A stretch of 64,000 bases of DNA. Origin: Trichinella spiralis. Taxonomy: Eukaryota. Of this stretch, positions 38,412-51,969 are shown in pieces (position 1 is the first letter of the stretch; each line of letters starts with the position of its first letter). The position numbers were made by a program, and so were the translations under genes. The stretch lies in the NCBI RefSeq assembly GCF_000181795.1, contig NW_003526943.1, positions 9,594,849 to 9,658,848 on the forward strand, read 5' to 3'. The notes beneath the pieces are model-generated. The model did not search any database. It was not told the origin of the DNA and saw only the letters and a program-made list of their open reading frames with translations.

Positions 38412-41330
38412 TTTTTACACGTTCACTGTATTAATTTAATTTAATTTAATTTAATTTATCTGTGAATTGCGTAATACTGTATAAAGTTGATCTTCAAGAT
38501 TTAAACAGACAAAACTGAAAATAATTTCGTTAATTTTAATAATATAGTCTAAAAAAATTTTTATGACTTGTAAATTATCAATAAAATTTTGTTTATGACA
38601 CTTACATGTTAACTCAAATTTAAATAATTTAACGAAACCAACAAAGATTGTTGAAGAAATAGAGAAAGTGGTAAAAGATTTAAATAATTATTTTTTATTT
38701 TTGAAAAACAAGTGTATTTTAAAGACGTAGTTAAACTTCTCGTCCTTGACTAGCAGTTATTGTTCACAGAAAAATAGTAAGCAGCCTCGGGTATATTGGA
38801 TTAGGCTGTCCTTGGAATATGCACGCTTTTAAAGTGTAATCCGTCTGACCTTGTTACGGAGAATTAGATTCGTTATGTAAAGCTGAAAAAAGTCTAAAGA
38901 ATTATTTACTGAGATATGTTCGTTTGTCTGTCTTGTTTATGTCTTTCATTCTTCTCAGTTTGATTTATCCGCTTGGACGACCGTAAATCCTAAATGAGTC
39001 TCATCTGCTTGCTGAATCGCTGAACGCCCTTGGAAAATTTCCCTGAAAATTATCGCATTTTTGCTTGGTTGAGAATGTATTAAAAGAAAAATATACTTTT
39101 TTCGACAATAACAAATATTTTTTTTGCAATCATTTTCATATATTGTTGTTTTATTATGAATTTGAAATGCATTCAGTGTATTAATTAATAATCACTGAAG
39201 TGGGCAGTAATTATGTTTGTTTTTTTTTCAAAATTAAAAATACTGGATTGTCAAAAAGTTATTATTATTATTATTATTATATTTTTATATATGAACAAAA
39301 TTAACTCTTCAATGTCACTGGGTTCTTTATTATCTTTATTTTTAATTTTAATTTGTATAGTTTTCATAATTTTGTGTTCTTTTATTTTTTAATAATAATC
39401 TTTGATAAGTTAATTAACTATGAGAAGCCGCTTTGAAAATACCCTTGAGACCACCTGAGGATGGCTAGCTGAGCTCAGCCAACACCACGTGTCATCGGTT
39501 GCAACGACGACCTTGGACAAAGGCCAGTTGATCTGCTTGATCCTGCCGACATTCTGAAAGCTTAAAGCAACGCTAGCATAATTTAACTCTTTGAACTTGA
39601 CCGCCGAAGACGCCGAAAAAACACGCTTGCAATAGAGTGCAATTTTATTAATTAATTTATTAAATTTCTGACGCCATGATAGCTTTCCTTTTTTGTCAAC
39701 TCATGGCCTTAGCATATGTTGGCATTGTAGGGAAAATTCTATTTAAGCATCTTAAAGCACAACATTTTTGTTCTTTTTTGCATATTCAGAATAGTGCAGT
39801 TCTGTCAGAAGGCAAGTATTGGTTTTAATTCTGTTTATTTAAAAGTTATATTTTTGTGTTAATAATAAAATAATTTTCAAATTATCAAGACATGTGTCAT
39901 TGTAAAAAAATAAAAACTATGAATTTGTTGCATAAAGAATTAATTATATTGTTCACAGTTGTAAAGAAAACGGGAGTGTTTTATAAGACTGAAAATTGGC
40001 AAATCATTTATTATTTGAAGGCATGCTTGCATTCAAAGTTAAGAATATATATCATATACGGTATGAAATGGGATACAGATATTGCTGTTCTTATTATTTT
40101 CATGTAGCGCGTACTTCATTTTTGAATTTATTTGATAATCTTCTCAGTAATGAAAATGTCCACAAGTTAAACTGTTCCACTGAAAACTTTTAGATTTAGC
40201 GGGTCAGCATTGCGTTGTAGGTATTGCTGTGGAAAGTTGAATATGTATAATAATCTCGATAGTAATGATAGACCCGCAGGAAAAAATTGTAGCATCAATG
40301 CATAGAGGGAAAATGGATTAGCTTCTGTATGTTGCTTTTTAATTAAACTGTTATATATCTTAAAGCTGAAAACCAAGGAACAGGTTAGCATTGAAGAAAA
40401 TGTAGCTGAATGGATCAGAAAAAGCTGTAAATCTTAAATAGAATTGTAAATTTTATTTTTTTTTGAATATTCTTCTTCATATTATAAATTAAATTATTAT
40501 TAAAAGTTATATTTAGAGTTAATTTTAAAATTTATTTTTGTTCATATTCTTAAATACTTCAATGCAATTTTTGAATCATAAATTATAAAAATATTTAAAC
40601 AGTAAAATTAAGAAATTATTATTTCAGGCGGTATAGCATGATATTTACACGCCCATATATTTATGTATGTATGTATGTCTGTGTTGAAACTTTTCTAATG
40701 ATAATTGTTGTTTTACTTTTTAATGTTTCATTTCATTTATACAAAGTGTACAGTAGATGTACAGTATAGGAGTATTTATAATTGGAAACAATGGGATAAT
40801 GAATAGAGAATTAACCCGAAATGAACTTTCTATGTATGCCTGGGGTGTTTTGGATAGTCAGCAGTGAAGAGGGTTGTCGGCAAACTGTATCAGGATGGGT
40901 CAAATAGAGAAGAAGAATGCTCGACTCGCCAGAGGTGGGCGGTCTTGGCTAAATTGTTGAATAGCCGTTTAATCAGTTAGCACAGTGCAGGTTGAACAAT
41001 TTAGCTTGTCACTTCAGCTAGCGGAACCTGCTGGGCACCCAGACCGGCGCTCTGTCTGTTGTGCAAGCAGGCTAAACAGAGCCGACCATTGGTTGGCGTT
41101 AATTGGTCGGTGCTGGTGCCGATTGGACAAAGCATCGCTTGACAAGGTCAAGGGGTTGAACAGCAGGTGGTCTTGTACCAGCAACCACCTGATGAGCCGC
41201 CCATTTCTGGTACTCAGATCGATCCGACGCTGTTGTTCGTGATTTCAGTTGCAGCTTCCTCCTCACTTTGCACTATCTATTTCTATTTACTTGCTCTGCA
41301 AAAGCAAACTGAAAGCATTTCTACTTGCAG

Positions 41331-42125
41331 ATGTCTACCGCCGGGAGTGATTCCAAATCGGTTGGTTCGAATTCAGAAATTAATTATTCCACCGGAACCG
41401 GATATGACACTGCGGCTTCTAGTCGATCGAAATTGTTGCGCAGATCCAAAGCCAACGCCCGAGAAAGGAGTCGCATGCACGGCTTGAACAACGCCCTGGA
41501 CACGCTGCGGGCAGTGGTGCCCCTGGCAGCCCACCATCAAAAACTTTCCAAAATCGAAACCCTACGCCTGGCGCGCAACTACATCGGCGCGTTGACGCGC
41601 ATCTTGCACAGCAACAAGCAGCCGTCGAATTTAGAATTCGCCTACATCCTGTCCAGGGGTCTGTCCCAGACGACGACCAACCTGATCGCCAGCAACCTGC
41701 AGGTACATCCACGAGTATTGGTCACTGAATCCACCACGCCGACGGTGCACCCAATGCCCCAGGTACAGAATTTTACCTACGGCTGTTGGCCAGCCTGCGT
41801 GCCGGTCTGCGAATCTTTTCACCAAACGAACGTCGGTCCGCCAGCGTATACCGGCGCCGAGGTGAATTTTGCCAACGACTTCACTCCTCAAGCTTGGAAC
41901 CAATCGAACCCCGTGCAGGGAACTGCAGCAGTTGGTTTCGACTACGCTTGTTCTCCCGGTTCGGCCGTCGGTGCAGATTTCAACCCGGCAACGTACATGG
42001 AACACACGTCACACTGGATACAGCCCACATCATCTGCAACAATGGAATCGCAGTTTCTTCTCGACCACAGCAGTTCAATGCAACAAGTCAATGGTGAATC
42101 CTATTCAAATTACACTGATTATTAG
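41331..42125 (+). CDS. NEUROD: NeuroD-family bHLH transcription factor (cnd-1 orthologue); an upstream exon is possible
   Basis: [28 protein letters not shown]...[16 protein letters not shown] plus the NeuroD-specific [25 protein letters not shown] directly follows a TTGCAG acceptor. Confidence 0.93.
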   Translation: MSTAGSDSKSVGSNSEINYSTGTGYDTAASSRSKLLRRSKANARERSRMHGLNNALDTLRAVVPLAAHHQKLSKIETLRLARNYIGALTRILHSNKQPSNLEFAYILSRGLSQTTTNLIASNLQVHPRVLVTESTTPTVHPMPQVQNFTYGCWPACVPVCESFHQTNVGPPAYTGAEVNFANDFTPQAWNQSNPVQGTAAVGFDYACSPGSAVGADFNPATYMEHTSHWIQPTSSATMESQFLLDHSSSMQQVNGESYSNYTDY

Positions 42126-44439
42126 ACAGTACAGAACATTTTTCAAAAAATTCATTTGTTCTTTTATTTATTTATTTTATTTCACTTTTACAATCACGAG
42201 ATGACATTTATTAAAATTTTGATTTTTCATTTTTCATCGTCTTTGGCTATATAACTATATCACCATCTATTTGATGAGGATAAATAATAACGTCAAGTGA
42301 AAAATATTTTATTGAAAAGGTAATTGAGATACCAACCAACTATATTTCCACCTTTGTGAAATGTGCTCGTTAAAGGAAAAAAATTGCATACATTTTTTTT
42401 TGAATTTTCAAAAAAAATTATAAATTTTTGAAGGTGCATTGATTTATTACTCTATTTTGAAAAGAATTGTAATTATTGAAGAAAGATAAAATTCACAAAA
42501 CTAATTGTCATCATCAATTTTTAAAGCAATTTAAATAAATCACATCAAAGTGACAATCTTGTTTTGTGAATTTATTTACTGGCTCATACGTTTAAATTTT
42601 AAATAAAATAAAAATGATGAATTGAAATGATTTCTAATTTTCTTGTATTTTCAACTTTTTCTTTTTAATAAATATATTCATTTGACGTGTATCAAATAAG
42701 AGTTCAACATAATACATCAAGGATATAAAAATAAATGCTTTATCATTTATTTCTTATATTTGGTGATATTTAATTAATTTCTACGTTCAAATTTATCAGT
42801 AATATTTGAAAATTTTCATTAGCACAAGTGACGTTTAAAATTAAAAACTTTTCCGGATGCACTTCGCAATAAAGGAAAGAATTCATGTTTCTAGGTGAAA
42901 TGCATTTTTTATATAAAAATGAAATGAATTATGAAATATTTCACAAAAATCACAATTGAACTTTTCAAATATCTTTAAAAGAATCATGAAAATGTTTTAA
43001 ACTCATCATTTCGGATCATAGAACATTAGTTTTGTAAACAATAGCGCATCCTACTTTGTTTACAGTAGCTACATTGAAATTGTTCCTTTAAATATTATAC
43101 GTTTGATTGCATAAGTTTTAAATAAATGATAAAATTTGCAAGCTTTGCACATTGTTTCAAATGGAAATTGCATGATATTACTTGTGAAGCTTTTTTCTTT
43201 TGTTTTAAAGTTGTGTATATCAATTTCGACTTCGTTGAAATTTAATAATTTTGAAAAAAATGCATAATATAAAATTGTAGAATTTTTCACATACAATATT
43301 GAACAACGATTAAGCAGTGCTCAACGGAAGTGAGCTATTGAAATTGAAAATTTAACTGAGCAAAACAGCTGCTTTACTAGCAACGGCCGTAAAAACAAAG
43401 CAACAAATCAATAATGATAAAAATAACTACATTGATACAAACTGTATATCGGTTGCTAGGCAATGAAAAAAACCATCATTATTATATTATATGCACATAC
43501 ATAAAGATAGGTGTGCATTATTCCAAATCACATCTGATTATAACCCAGCGTTGGATTATTCTGATAGCTTTTTTTTATCGTTTTCATTTTCCAGCATATT
43601 CGGTCAACTGGAAATAAAAAACAAAAACATAAACAGCTAATGGCAATAATTGTGTATTAAAATGGGGGAAGTAGGAAAGATTTAAATAAAAGAAATAAAA
43701 TAATTATGATAAAAATTGCACATCCGTTTGCACAACGCTGGCCAGCTAACGGCGTTCCACCAGCCTGAATTCCGCATTGGTGCTAAAATCAAGTGATCCG
43801 AAACATCAGGGTCGGTGGTGAACAATTGTGGAACCCACCAGAGACCACGTAGGGGCAGTGGACCGTCGGGTCAGCGTTCGAGTGGCGACAATATTTTTCG
43901 GCCATTGTGGTCCAATCGAACTGACCGCATTCGACAAGCATCGCTTAATTGGCTCGTTTTATTCGGCCAAGCGAACCGCTGCTGCTACTGCAGCGTTCCG
44001 GCTATTTTTTTACTCCCCATTTTATGAAAGCCACTACCAATACGGACACCGGCCGGTCGGCTAATTTACCACCGAAACCTGGGCCGAAAGAGAGCAATCT
44101 AGCACTTTTACGGGCTGGTCAAGTAGGAATTGATGGAACTTTTTACAACAACCTAAACAGTCGTTTGCCCGTTTTGTCAAAAATGTTCATTGTTCCACGA
44201 TTTGTCGACGGCGCCAAAATTCGGCGCCTTGATGTCGCGTTGATCACAATCTCTGCAAAAATCGACTATATAAAATGGAAAACACTTCATATATTTACAA
44301 TATACGCATATTGTTCTATTGTATATTTGCAGTTATAAAATGCATGAACAAAATTGATCCATTCTGCTTTATTGAATACGGAAATATATAGAAAAGCAAA
44401 AGGAAACAAAATGCTGCAAAAATTTTCCCCAATTGCACA

Positions 44440-46992
44440 CTATGGGAACAATATATTTTGCATTTCCATTACACTGTTCAAAAATGGCTTTTCCAATAAA
44501 TTGTCATAGCAGCCAGATTTCAATTCGTTATCAATTTGATCAGCAAATTCGGATTTCAAACGCAACTCTGCAAGATCAGGCAGTGGAGTCAGCATGTAAC
44601 GCGTCATCACGCACACCTCTTTCCCAGCACTGCATAAAATGCCCATCACTTGATTACTGACACTATAGTAGACTCGCATGCACTCGGTCAACGGCAATTC
44701 CAATTGTCCCTAACAAAAGAAATAAATATACATATAAACAAATTGTATATTACATTTACGTGCATGAAATCAAATTGAAATTTAATCCAAATCACTTCTT
44801 ATACTACTTTAAATACATCTCTAAAACGCACAAACAAATTGAATAATGAATACAAACTAAAACATTATAAACAATTACTCCAGTAAAACAATCTTATTAA
44901 TAAATCATGGAAATTGTAATAATTTAACAATAGAAAAAAAGAATTTCAAATAGTTTAAAAGGAAAGCAATATTCTATTCATATGCAATACATATATATAT
45001 ACTCACAAAGTGTTTCTCTTCTTTTTCCGCTTCGACAGATGGTGCATTAATTGCTGAAAAGTCTCGCTCTTTCAACGATCTCAAAAAGAATTGGTCTGAC
45101 TTTTTCTTCTTAATTAGCAAGTAAACTTCTCTCGCACTATACATGCTAAAGTGGATCAAAACTTCCGTTTTCTCAGGGGGAGAATATTCATTCCTGACTA
45201 CTGTTCCATTCAAATTTACAAAACATCGGTACAATTTTCTAGGTGGAAGATTTTTGCTTGCATCTGTGCGCCAATGGTCTTGGTCTTGGTCAATCGAGTA
45301 GATTACGAACTGTTCCAAGCCTTGATTCCAGCTGATCTTACTTTCTGAACACGTCAACCGCTCAACGTCGACAATGGGAAACACATGGAGCACTTTCCCG
45401 TACACTTCGCTCCACTGTTCGAGATTCATCATAGCCCTGCGAACACAAGCAGCCGCTACTTCTGCATCCTCTTTCAGCGAAGTTTTTTTGTCCAACTGGA
45501 TATAAAATTCATTGTTGGTAATCAAAGTTTCCAAAGAATCATCCAGCAACGTGTCGTCAGTAAAAGCCATCTGACCATTCCCTGTGTTGCACAACATGCG
45601 TTCGAAGTTGTCCAGATGAGGCAACGGGGTCACTGGTTTTTCGTCCCCAACACTGGGCAGCAAGTATTTGCAAAACATCGTTCCAGCAAGGTGCAACTTT
45701 TCGTAATTCACTTGGGAGTTCGTGTTGGCCAAACGCATGTTCACAAGTCGGTTCGCAATTTGCCGGATCGACGCTATCACGAAATTGATCTCCTTGCCGT
45801 AAGTATCCAACCAATGTTTCAAAAAGTGCGCCTTCACTGCCAGCCGTTTAAATTTCTCCAAAGCATCCCGCCAAATGCTCTGCTTCAAAGTCTGCTCTAA
45901 AACTGAACAATATTCGGCCATAATTTCAGTGATCTGGTCGGCAACCATGGTCATCGTCTCGATAAACTTCGGCAACAACTCTTGGTAACGGTTCTCTGCA
46001 AGGATCAGTTCGTACACTTTTGCATCCTTGGCAAAGAATTCAAACAACGGAGGCGACATGTAATCCGTGTACAGCAACGCTCGCAGCTCGTCCAACAAAC
46101 AACCAGTTCTCAAAGTGATGCTTTCCGTCTCCCAGTCGAGCAACACCTTTTTAATACCTCGAGCCGCGTCTTTCCAAAATTCAGCCACAGTGTCAATCAA
46201 AGACTCAATTTGCATACTGCCTTGACAAACATTTGTCAAAGCACCTCCGCATTGTGTGATTTTGTGTCTGGTGAAATCGTTCATCCTAACCAACGCCCCC
46301 ATCGTACAATCGTCTTGCAAATAAGTAACACATAGGTGCTCTCCACTTTTGCTGAGGCACAAATCCAACAATGTAAAATTCTTGCCAAGATCTTCCAAAT
46401 TGATTACATAAATCAACACCACGCATCGGTAAAATATGCTCATATTCACCGAATCGGTATCAAATACGAAAAAAAAGCAATCCTCTTTCGAATTGAAGCC
46501 GCTCAAATAATTGAAAAATACCTTTTTCGCTTCTTGGGTGGGATATTCTTCTTCCATAACTTGATCAGCTTCTGAACATTCAAAACTGTACGCCGGTGTC
46601 AAATCTTTCAACGCAGTGGGAAATGTGCACCATTTCGTATAATGACATGCAATCACATCGGTGTACAACATCAAACCGCCGGATACTTCGAAAATTTCAA
46701 AACAGTTTCCAAGAGCAAACGATACATAGTACCCGTTTGGACACCAAGACACCGAGTAGACGTCTCCATCAAATGTACACCGCCACATCAACTGATTCTC
46801 CAAGTTCCAACAAGTGCACAACATCTTTTCATTGACAATAAGCATACAATCAGTACCTGGAGCCCAAGAAACAAATTTCACCGGTGTGCCAAAGTCAAAG
46901 TGATTCACAACTCTGAAGCCATTTTTCGACTCTTCAACATGATCGAGTTTCTTCTGCTCATCCTCCTCCTCCTCTGTCAAATTCTCAGCCAT
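44440..46992 (-). CDS. ANAPC4: Anaphase-promoting complex subunit 4 (emb-30-like), divergent
   Basis: Exons 46992-45007 and 44709-44440; N-terminal WD40 FRVV...VSWAPGTD...VSWCPNGYYVSFAL and helical LLDELRALLYTDYMSPPLFEFF match remembered APC4 motifs. Confidence 0.78.
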
Positions 46993-47762
46993 AATTTCAG
47001 CTTTTTACTTTAATTCTCTAAAATAAAGTTTATTTTCAGCTTATTCAAAAAATTCATTACAATAATTTCGTTTCATTTCAAACACTGTCTATAAAATTTA
47101 GTCATTCTATTTCATGAACTGGAAAACTTAACAATTATTATTATTAACCCATTTTATATCTAATACAAAGATCATATTGAAAATATCAAAATAAATTTAG
47201 CCAAAATTAAATACACATTTAAAGAATTGTACAGAATTCGATTTTCACATAACAATCACGTAAAATAGTTAGTTCACCTACTAAAGTATGACTAAACTGT
47301 AACTCAAGTTTAATTTTATTTATCGTAAGATTTTACAAATTGTATTTCTAAGTTGATATTTATTAAATTAAATAATTTTAAAACTATTTTTTTTTGATTA
47401 AATTTAGTAAAAATAACAATGCATGCGTCCGAAAATAACCGATTTAGCATAACAAATAACATAAGATTGCTACAGTAAGCAAGCAACTTCACAATTACCG
47501 CTTACTTTTCTTGATTTGAATTAGCGCAAGAAATGTGTTCTTGATTAAAGGGTCAAAATATATAAATAACTTCGTTTAAGAAACCCAAGAAAACGTGTCA
47601 AAAAATTTACAAAAAATAAAATTTTTTATTTCTATGTAAGCGAGAGAATAATATATTCAATTAAAACAAAACAATATAATTTTGAGATTCACAGTTTTCT
47701 TTGTTGCATTCGCATTTGCATATGACAAAGATGTAACAGTTGAAATGTTCAGTTCAGCTTCT

Positions 47763-49689
47763 TCAATTAGTCCAAAAAGCCTACAAGTAAGAAACTTAAC
47801 AAATGAACAAATGTTATGAGTTAATAATAATAATAACTGCACAGAAATTATTATTAATGTACAAATGAAAGGTACAATTTAATATTAAACACTTACAAGA
47901 TCTGAAGATGCAGTCACCATTAACCAATATTTTGGATTAAAGCGCAAACAACGGACGGGTTGACTGTGAATGCCTTCGCCATTTGGACCGCACATTGCTA
48001 TATATTTTGAACCGCTGTCGGTTTTCCACACATAAACGTTACCGTCACAAGAACCTATACAAGTAAATTTATTAAATATATTAGCACATATGCATACACA
48101 CAGATATATACATATATATGTACGTACGTATGCATGTATATATGTATGGAAACGTTCAAACAAACCTGCAAAAACGTAAGCTGAATCTTTGGTAAAAGAA
48201 GCTTCTAAGAATGACGATCCATCAGATACATGGTCCTGCAAAATTTCCCATTTTTACGAGCAAATTGCAAAAATAAATCTTACCGATAAAGTATGAAGCA
48301 AATTGCCATGTAAACCGTCAAGAAGATATATATTTCCATCAAAAGTGGTAAGCATAATCATATTTCCACAAGGTGAAAATTTTAAGCTAGAAATCTTTTG
48401 GTCGTAATCAGCTTCTGGAATAGGAAAATTGTTATAGGGGCCCTATCCAAAAATGAAATTGGTAAGCAAACGTTTTCAGAACAAATACTTCGAAACTGAA
48501 AAATTAAATAGACATAACGGCACCTTATCTAAAGCTCGGAAATCGAAAAAACTGAAAGTGTTTTTGTCTGTAATAGCAGCAAACATCAGACCATCTGGAT
48601 CAAAATCCAGATAAGATTCGATAGAAGTTGCGTAACTACCCTGCAAGATCACAGTGCTTAATTTTTGACTTTTTAAATTTCATTTTAAAATTTACTTGAG
48701 AACCGTTTACTCTGGCATCCCAAAGCCGAATTGTTTTGTCTCTCGATCCGGATAAAAACAATTCTTCATTAGGATGAGTCGCCACGCAAACAACCCTGAC
48801 AAGACAAATATACTGCTTTAAATTAAACAACAAAGCATTAACATTAAACCTGTCTGTGTGTCCGGAAAAATAACGAATGTATTTGTTTTCAACAATGGAT
48901 AAATACCGAACACTGGCTAAAATACATATAAAAATGTCTAAATATATAAATATAAATATAAATATTAAAATGTTCTCAAAACACATATTACATTAAAATG
49001 GAACAGAAGTTAAAAAATTTGTTTAAAAATTAACAGAAAAGAATATCATATCAAAATCAAAATCAAACTGAAATATACTTCATTGGGGTAGAGGCAAAAA
49101 ATAAATTTAAGCAATCTGTTAAACTGAAACTGTTTTCAGCTCTTTCTGAAAAACAAGTTCATCGCTTACATGTTTTAAAGTTTATAAAGCTGATTATTAA
49201 CAATCAATAAATAAGACAAATCGACATTATTTACAGTAAATTCTAGCAAAATTAGTTGACAATTTTCCATGATTTTCACAAATAAATAAAAAATATATTA
49301 TCGCTGAATATTAAAATCTCAAAATATGATGTAAAAAACATCAAAAAATTAATCTTAAAAATGCATACAGTCGATTTTGGTAGAACCATGTAAAACATAA
49401 TCGCTTGAGCGCAAAAATCGAATCAGTTCACATCCATATTTCTTGCTGTTAACCTGTAACTTCAAGCTAAAACTTCAACTTAAAAACCATTACTAGATGA
49501 CCACATCTATATTTACCTAGCGTTGTTGATAGAGTAAATGTTTATAGAATCTTCATCTGAAGCTGTAGCAAGAACAAGCCCGTCAGGACTGAAATCTAAG
49601 CTATTTATGCTTTCTTCCTTTTCTTTTAAACGTTTTGTAACTACTAATCTTCGCACAGTTTCGTCGTTTATAATGGCAGTTTGCTTCAT
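47763..49689 (-). CDS. WDR82: WD repeat protein 82 (Swd2; COMPASS/PNUTS)
   Basis: INSLDFSPDG..ATASDEDSI, VRYLSIVENKYIRYFSGHTDRV, FLSGSRDKTIRLWD, LEASFTKDS, RFNPKY, last exon AFWTN*. Confidence 0.93.
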
Positions 49690-51969
49690 GAATAAAACAA
49701 CCAAAATTTGCTTTGATAAATGTACAGTATAGCATTTCAATAAATCAAGTATTAGCTTTTGTAAAAAATCTTTGTCAAAAAAAGTAACTTTTGAAAGCAT
49801 TTTCACCCAAAAACATAATTATATTAATTTAAAATTTCAACAAAATAATACATTATAATTAATAATCTAAATTATTTTAAATATAAACTCAAAATGTGTA
49901 GAGCCAATTTTATTACATAACCGCCTGGCCAACTTTTGGCGGTCCTGCTTTATTGGTTGTAATTTTTCATTGGTCACTTAAAGAATTCCCCCTGCCCCCA
50001 TTTTTTCTTTTATTTCTTAAATTCTATTTCGGTTTTACCGGTCCCAATCATTTTTATTTGTCATAAGAACAATAATCTAATGTTTCATCAATTTTCTTTA
50101 TCTCAGAAATCAAAATAAAATAATACGCAACTTTTTGCAATGAACTTGCATATGGACCATTAATACCTAATAAGAAATTATTTTCCAATATCTGAAACTT
50201 TATGTAAAAAGAGAAAAATTAGATTCTTTTCAGATTCTAAATAACTGATTTGCTTCATTTTTAGGCTCTTTTACACACGCCTTAACAGAGCGGGCCCTTT
50301 GACGGATTAAACTGACCAATCTGATCACCAGGTTCGATGTATAACCGTTTAATCAATGGAAATAAAAATGACGCGACAATGCGACAGCCAATAGAACTCA
50401 AACGTGAAAATAAGCGGTTAGATTGGGACAAATGAAACTACACCCTCATTTATCTTGACTTTTGCCAATTCCATATTACGGACGGATGAGACTGTCAATA
50501 TTTCATACTGAAAATACCGAGTCGATTGAATGCTAAGGAACAGGAGTTGAGCTTCACAAACAACAGCAGCAAGCAGGCCCGGTGCTGTTTTCTTCTTCGT
50601 TGACAAACCATAAAATACAATTCTGTCTTACTATTCTTCAACCGTTCGTTTATAAAAATAATGAAAAGCGTTAATAATTGGCAATACAATATTGTAACGG
50701 ATTTTTCAGAAATTGTTCATATAATTCACAAGTGAAGTAAATACTGTGTAGCACTCTTTTATCCTTGGCAAATGCTGCAAAGAACATTTCATCTAGCTTT
50801 GATTGGCATTCCAAAGCGCGTTATTTTATTTTACAACGCCGATTAATCAAAGAAACAAATTTAAACTGCTCACAGTGTGCACAAAATGTGTATTCTTTTT
50901 ATAGTATAAGGCAAAAAATAAATAAGAAATACTGAAATGCTGAAGAGCTTTTTCTTATCTTTAGTTTCATTCCATCTATCAACTCCGTATCTGGAAAATC
51001 ACCATACTAAAGATGCTATATGACAACAGTTTTTGAAGCAACTGCTGCTGTTACAGAATTTTTAAATTTGAGCAACTTCATTTATAAGTTTCAAGCTTCC
51101 TGGTGAGAATTTTTTGCGCAAATAGATTCATTTGCAACCTCAGATTTAGGGTATTGCTTTAAGCTAGGGACAGTTATCAGACCATTTATAATTGTCAGTT
51201 AAAGAAAAATAAGGTTGCTTCCCAAAGTTATAATTTGGATTAAATTTATAGCAGTGAGTTTTGATATATTTACCGCAAAGCCACCTACTTGGTACGCATG
51301 CGCTCGTGATAAAATCAAATGCAAATTATCAAGTGCCGTCTTCAAATAAAGCAGAAACAAACTGTAAGTTGAAAATCAAGGCAAAAAACATTGAACATTA
51401 AAAAAATAAGAAAAGATAAAGAACATTTAAAGATAACACTGAATCTGATTTGAACTAAAAAACATTTTATCCCGCAACTATGCAGAATAACTTTGTTAAA
51501 ACATTTTTAATATTACAAAAGTTTTGCAGATGTTTTTGCAATCGAGCAACTTTAGCCCTTCATAAACAACAGATAACAGTAGATAAACAATATTTTCACA
51601 AAAGAAATATGCCAACCTTTAGACAATTGTCTGTTAATCATTATTAATTAATGTTTATTAGTGAAATAAACTGAGCAATTTAAAATATGAAAACAGACTA
51701 ATTTTCAAAAAACTTCGAATTTAAAGATGTAGTAAAATTAAAATAAAATAAACCTCGCTTATAAAAAAAACGTTAAACTTTCAAACGCAATGAAATGGTT
51801 GATTGCAATATTTATTTATTTGAGTATTTGCACAGCAAAAATAAATCAAATTTACTTAACCATCTCATATAACATTATAAATATTTTTCAATTAATTCAC
51901 CAACACAAATATATATAAACCTACAATAAGCATTTTGCCATTAATGCACACGAAGTTATATGTCAGTAA

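Noticed and set aside
43815..44338. Overlapping short + strand ORFs
   Set aside because: No family resemblance; expected by chance in a GC-rich island.
45151..47013. Antisense ORFs over APC4 (likewise over RPP30, NAT9, NeuroD and the vWA gene)
   Set aside because: Shadow frames of real coding sequence.
50240..51330. Coding-like composition between WDR82 and the DNase II array
   Set aside because: The frames I read are interrupted and I could not build a spliced model or identify a family.
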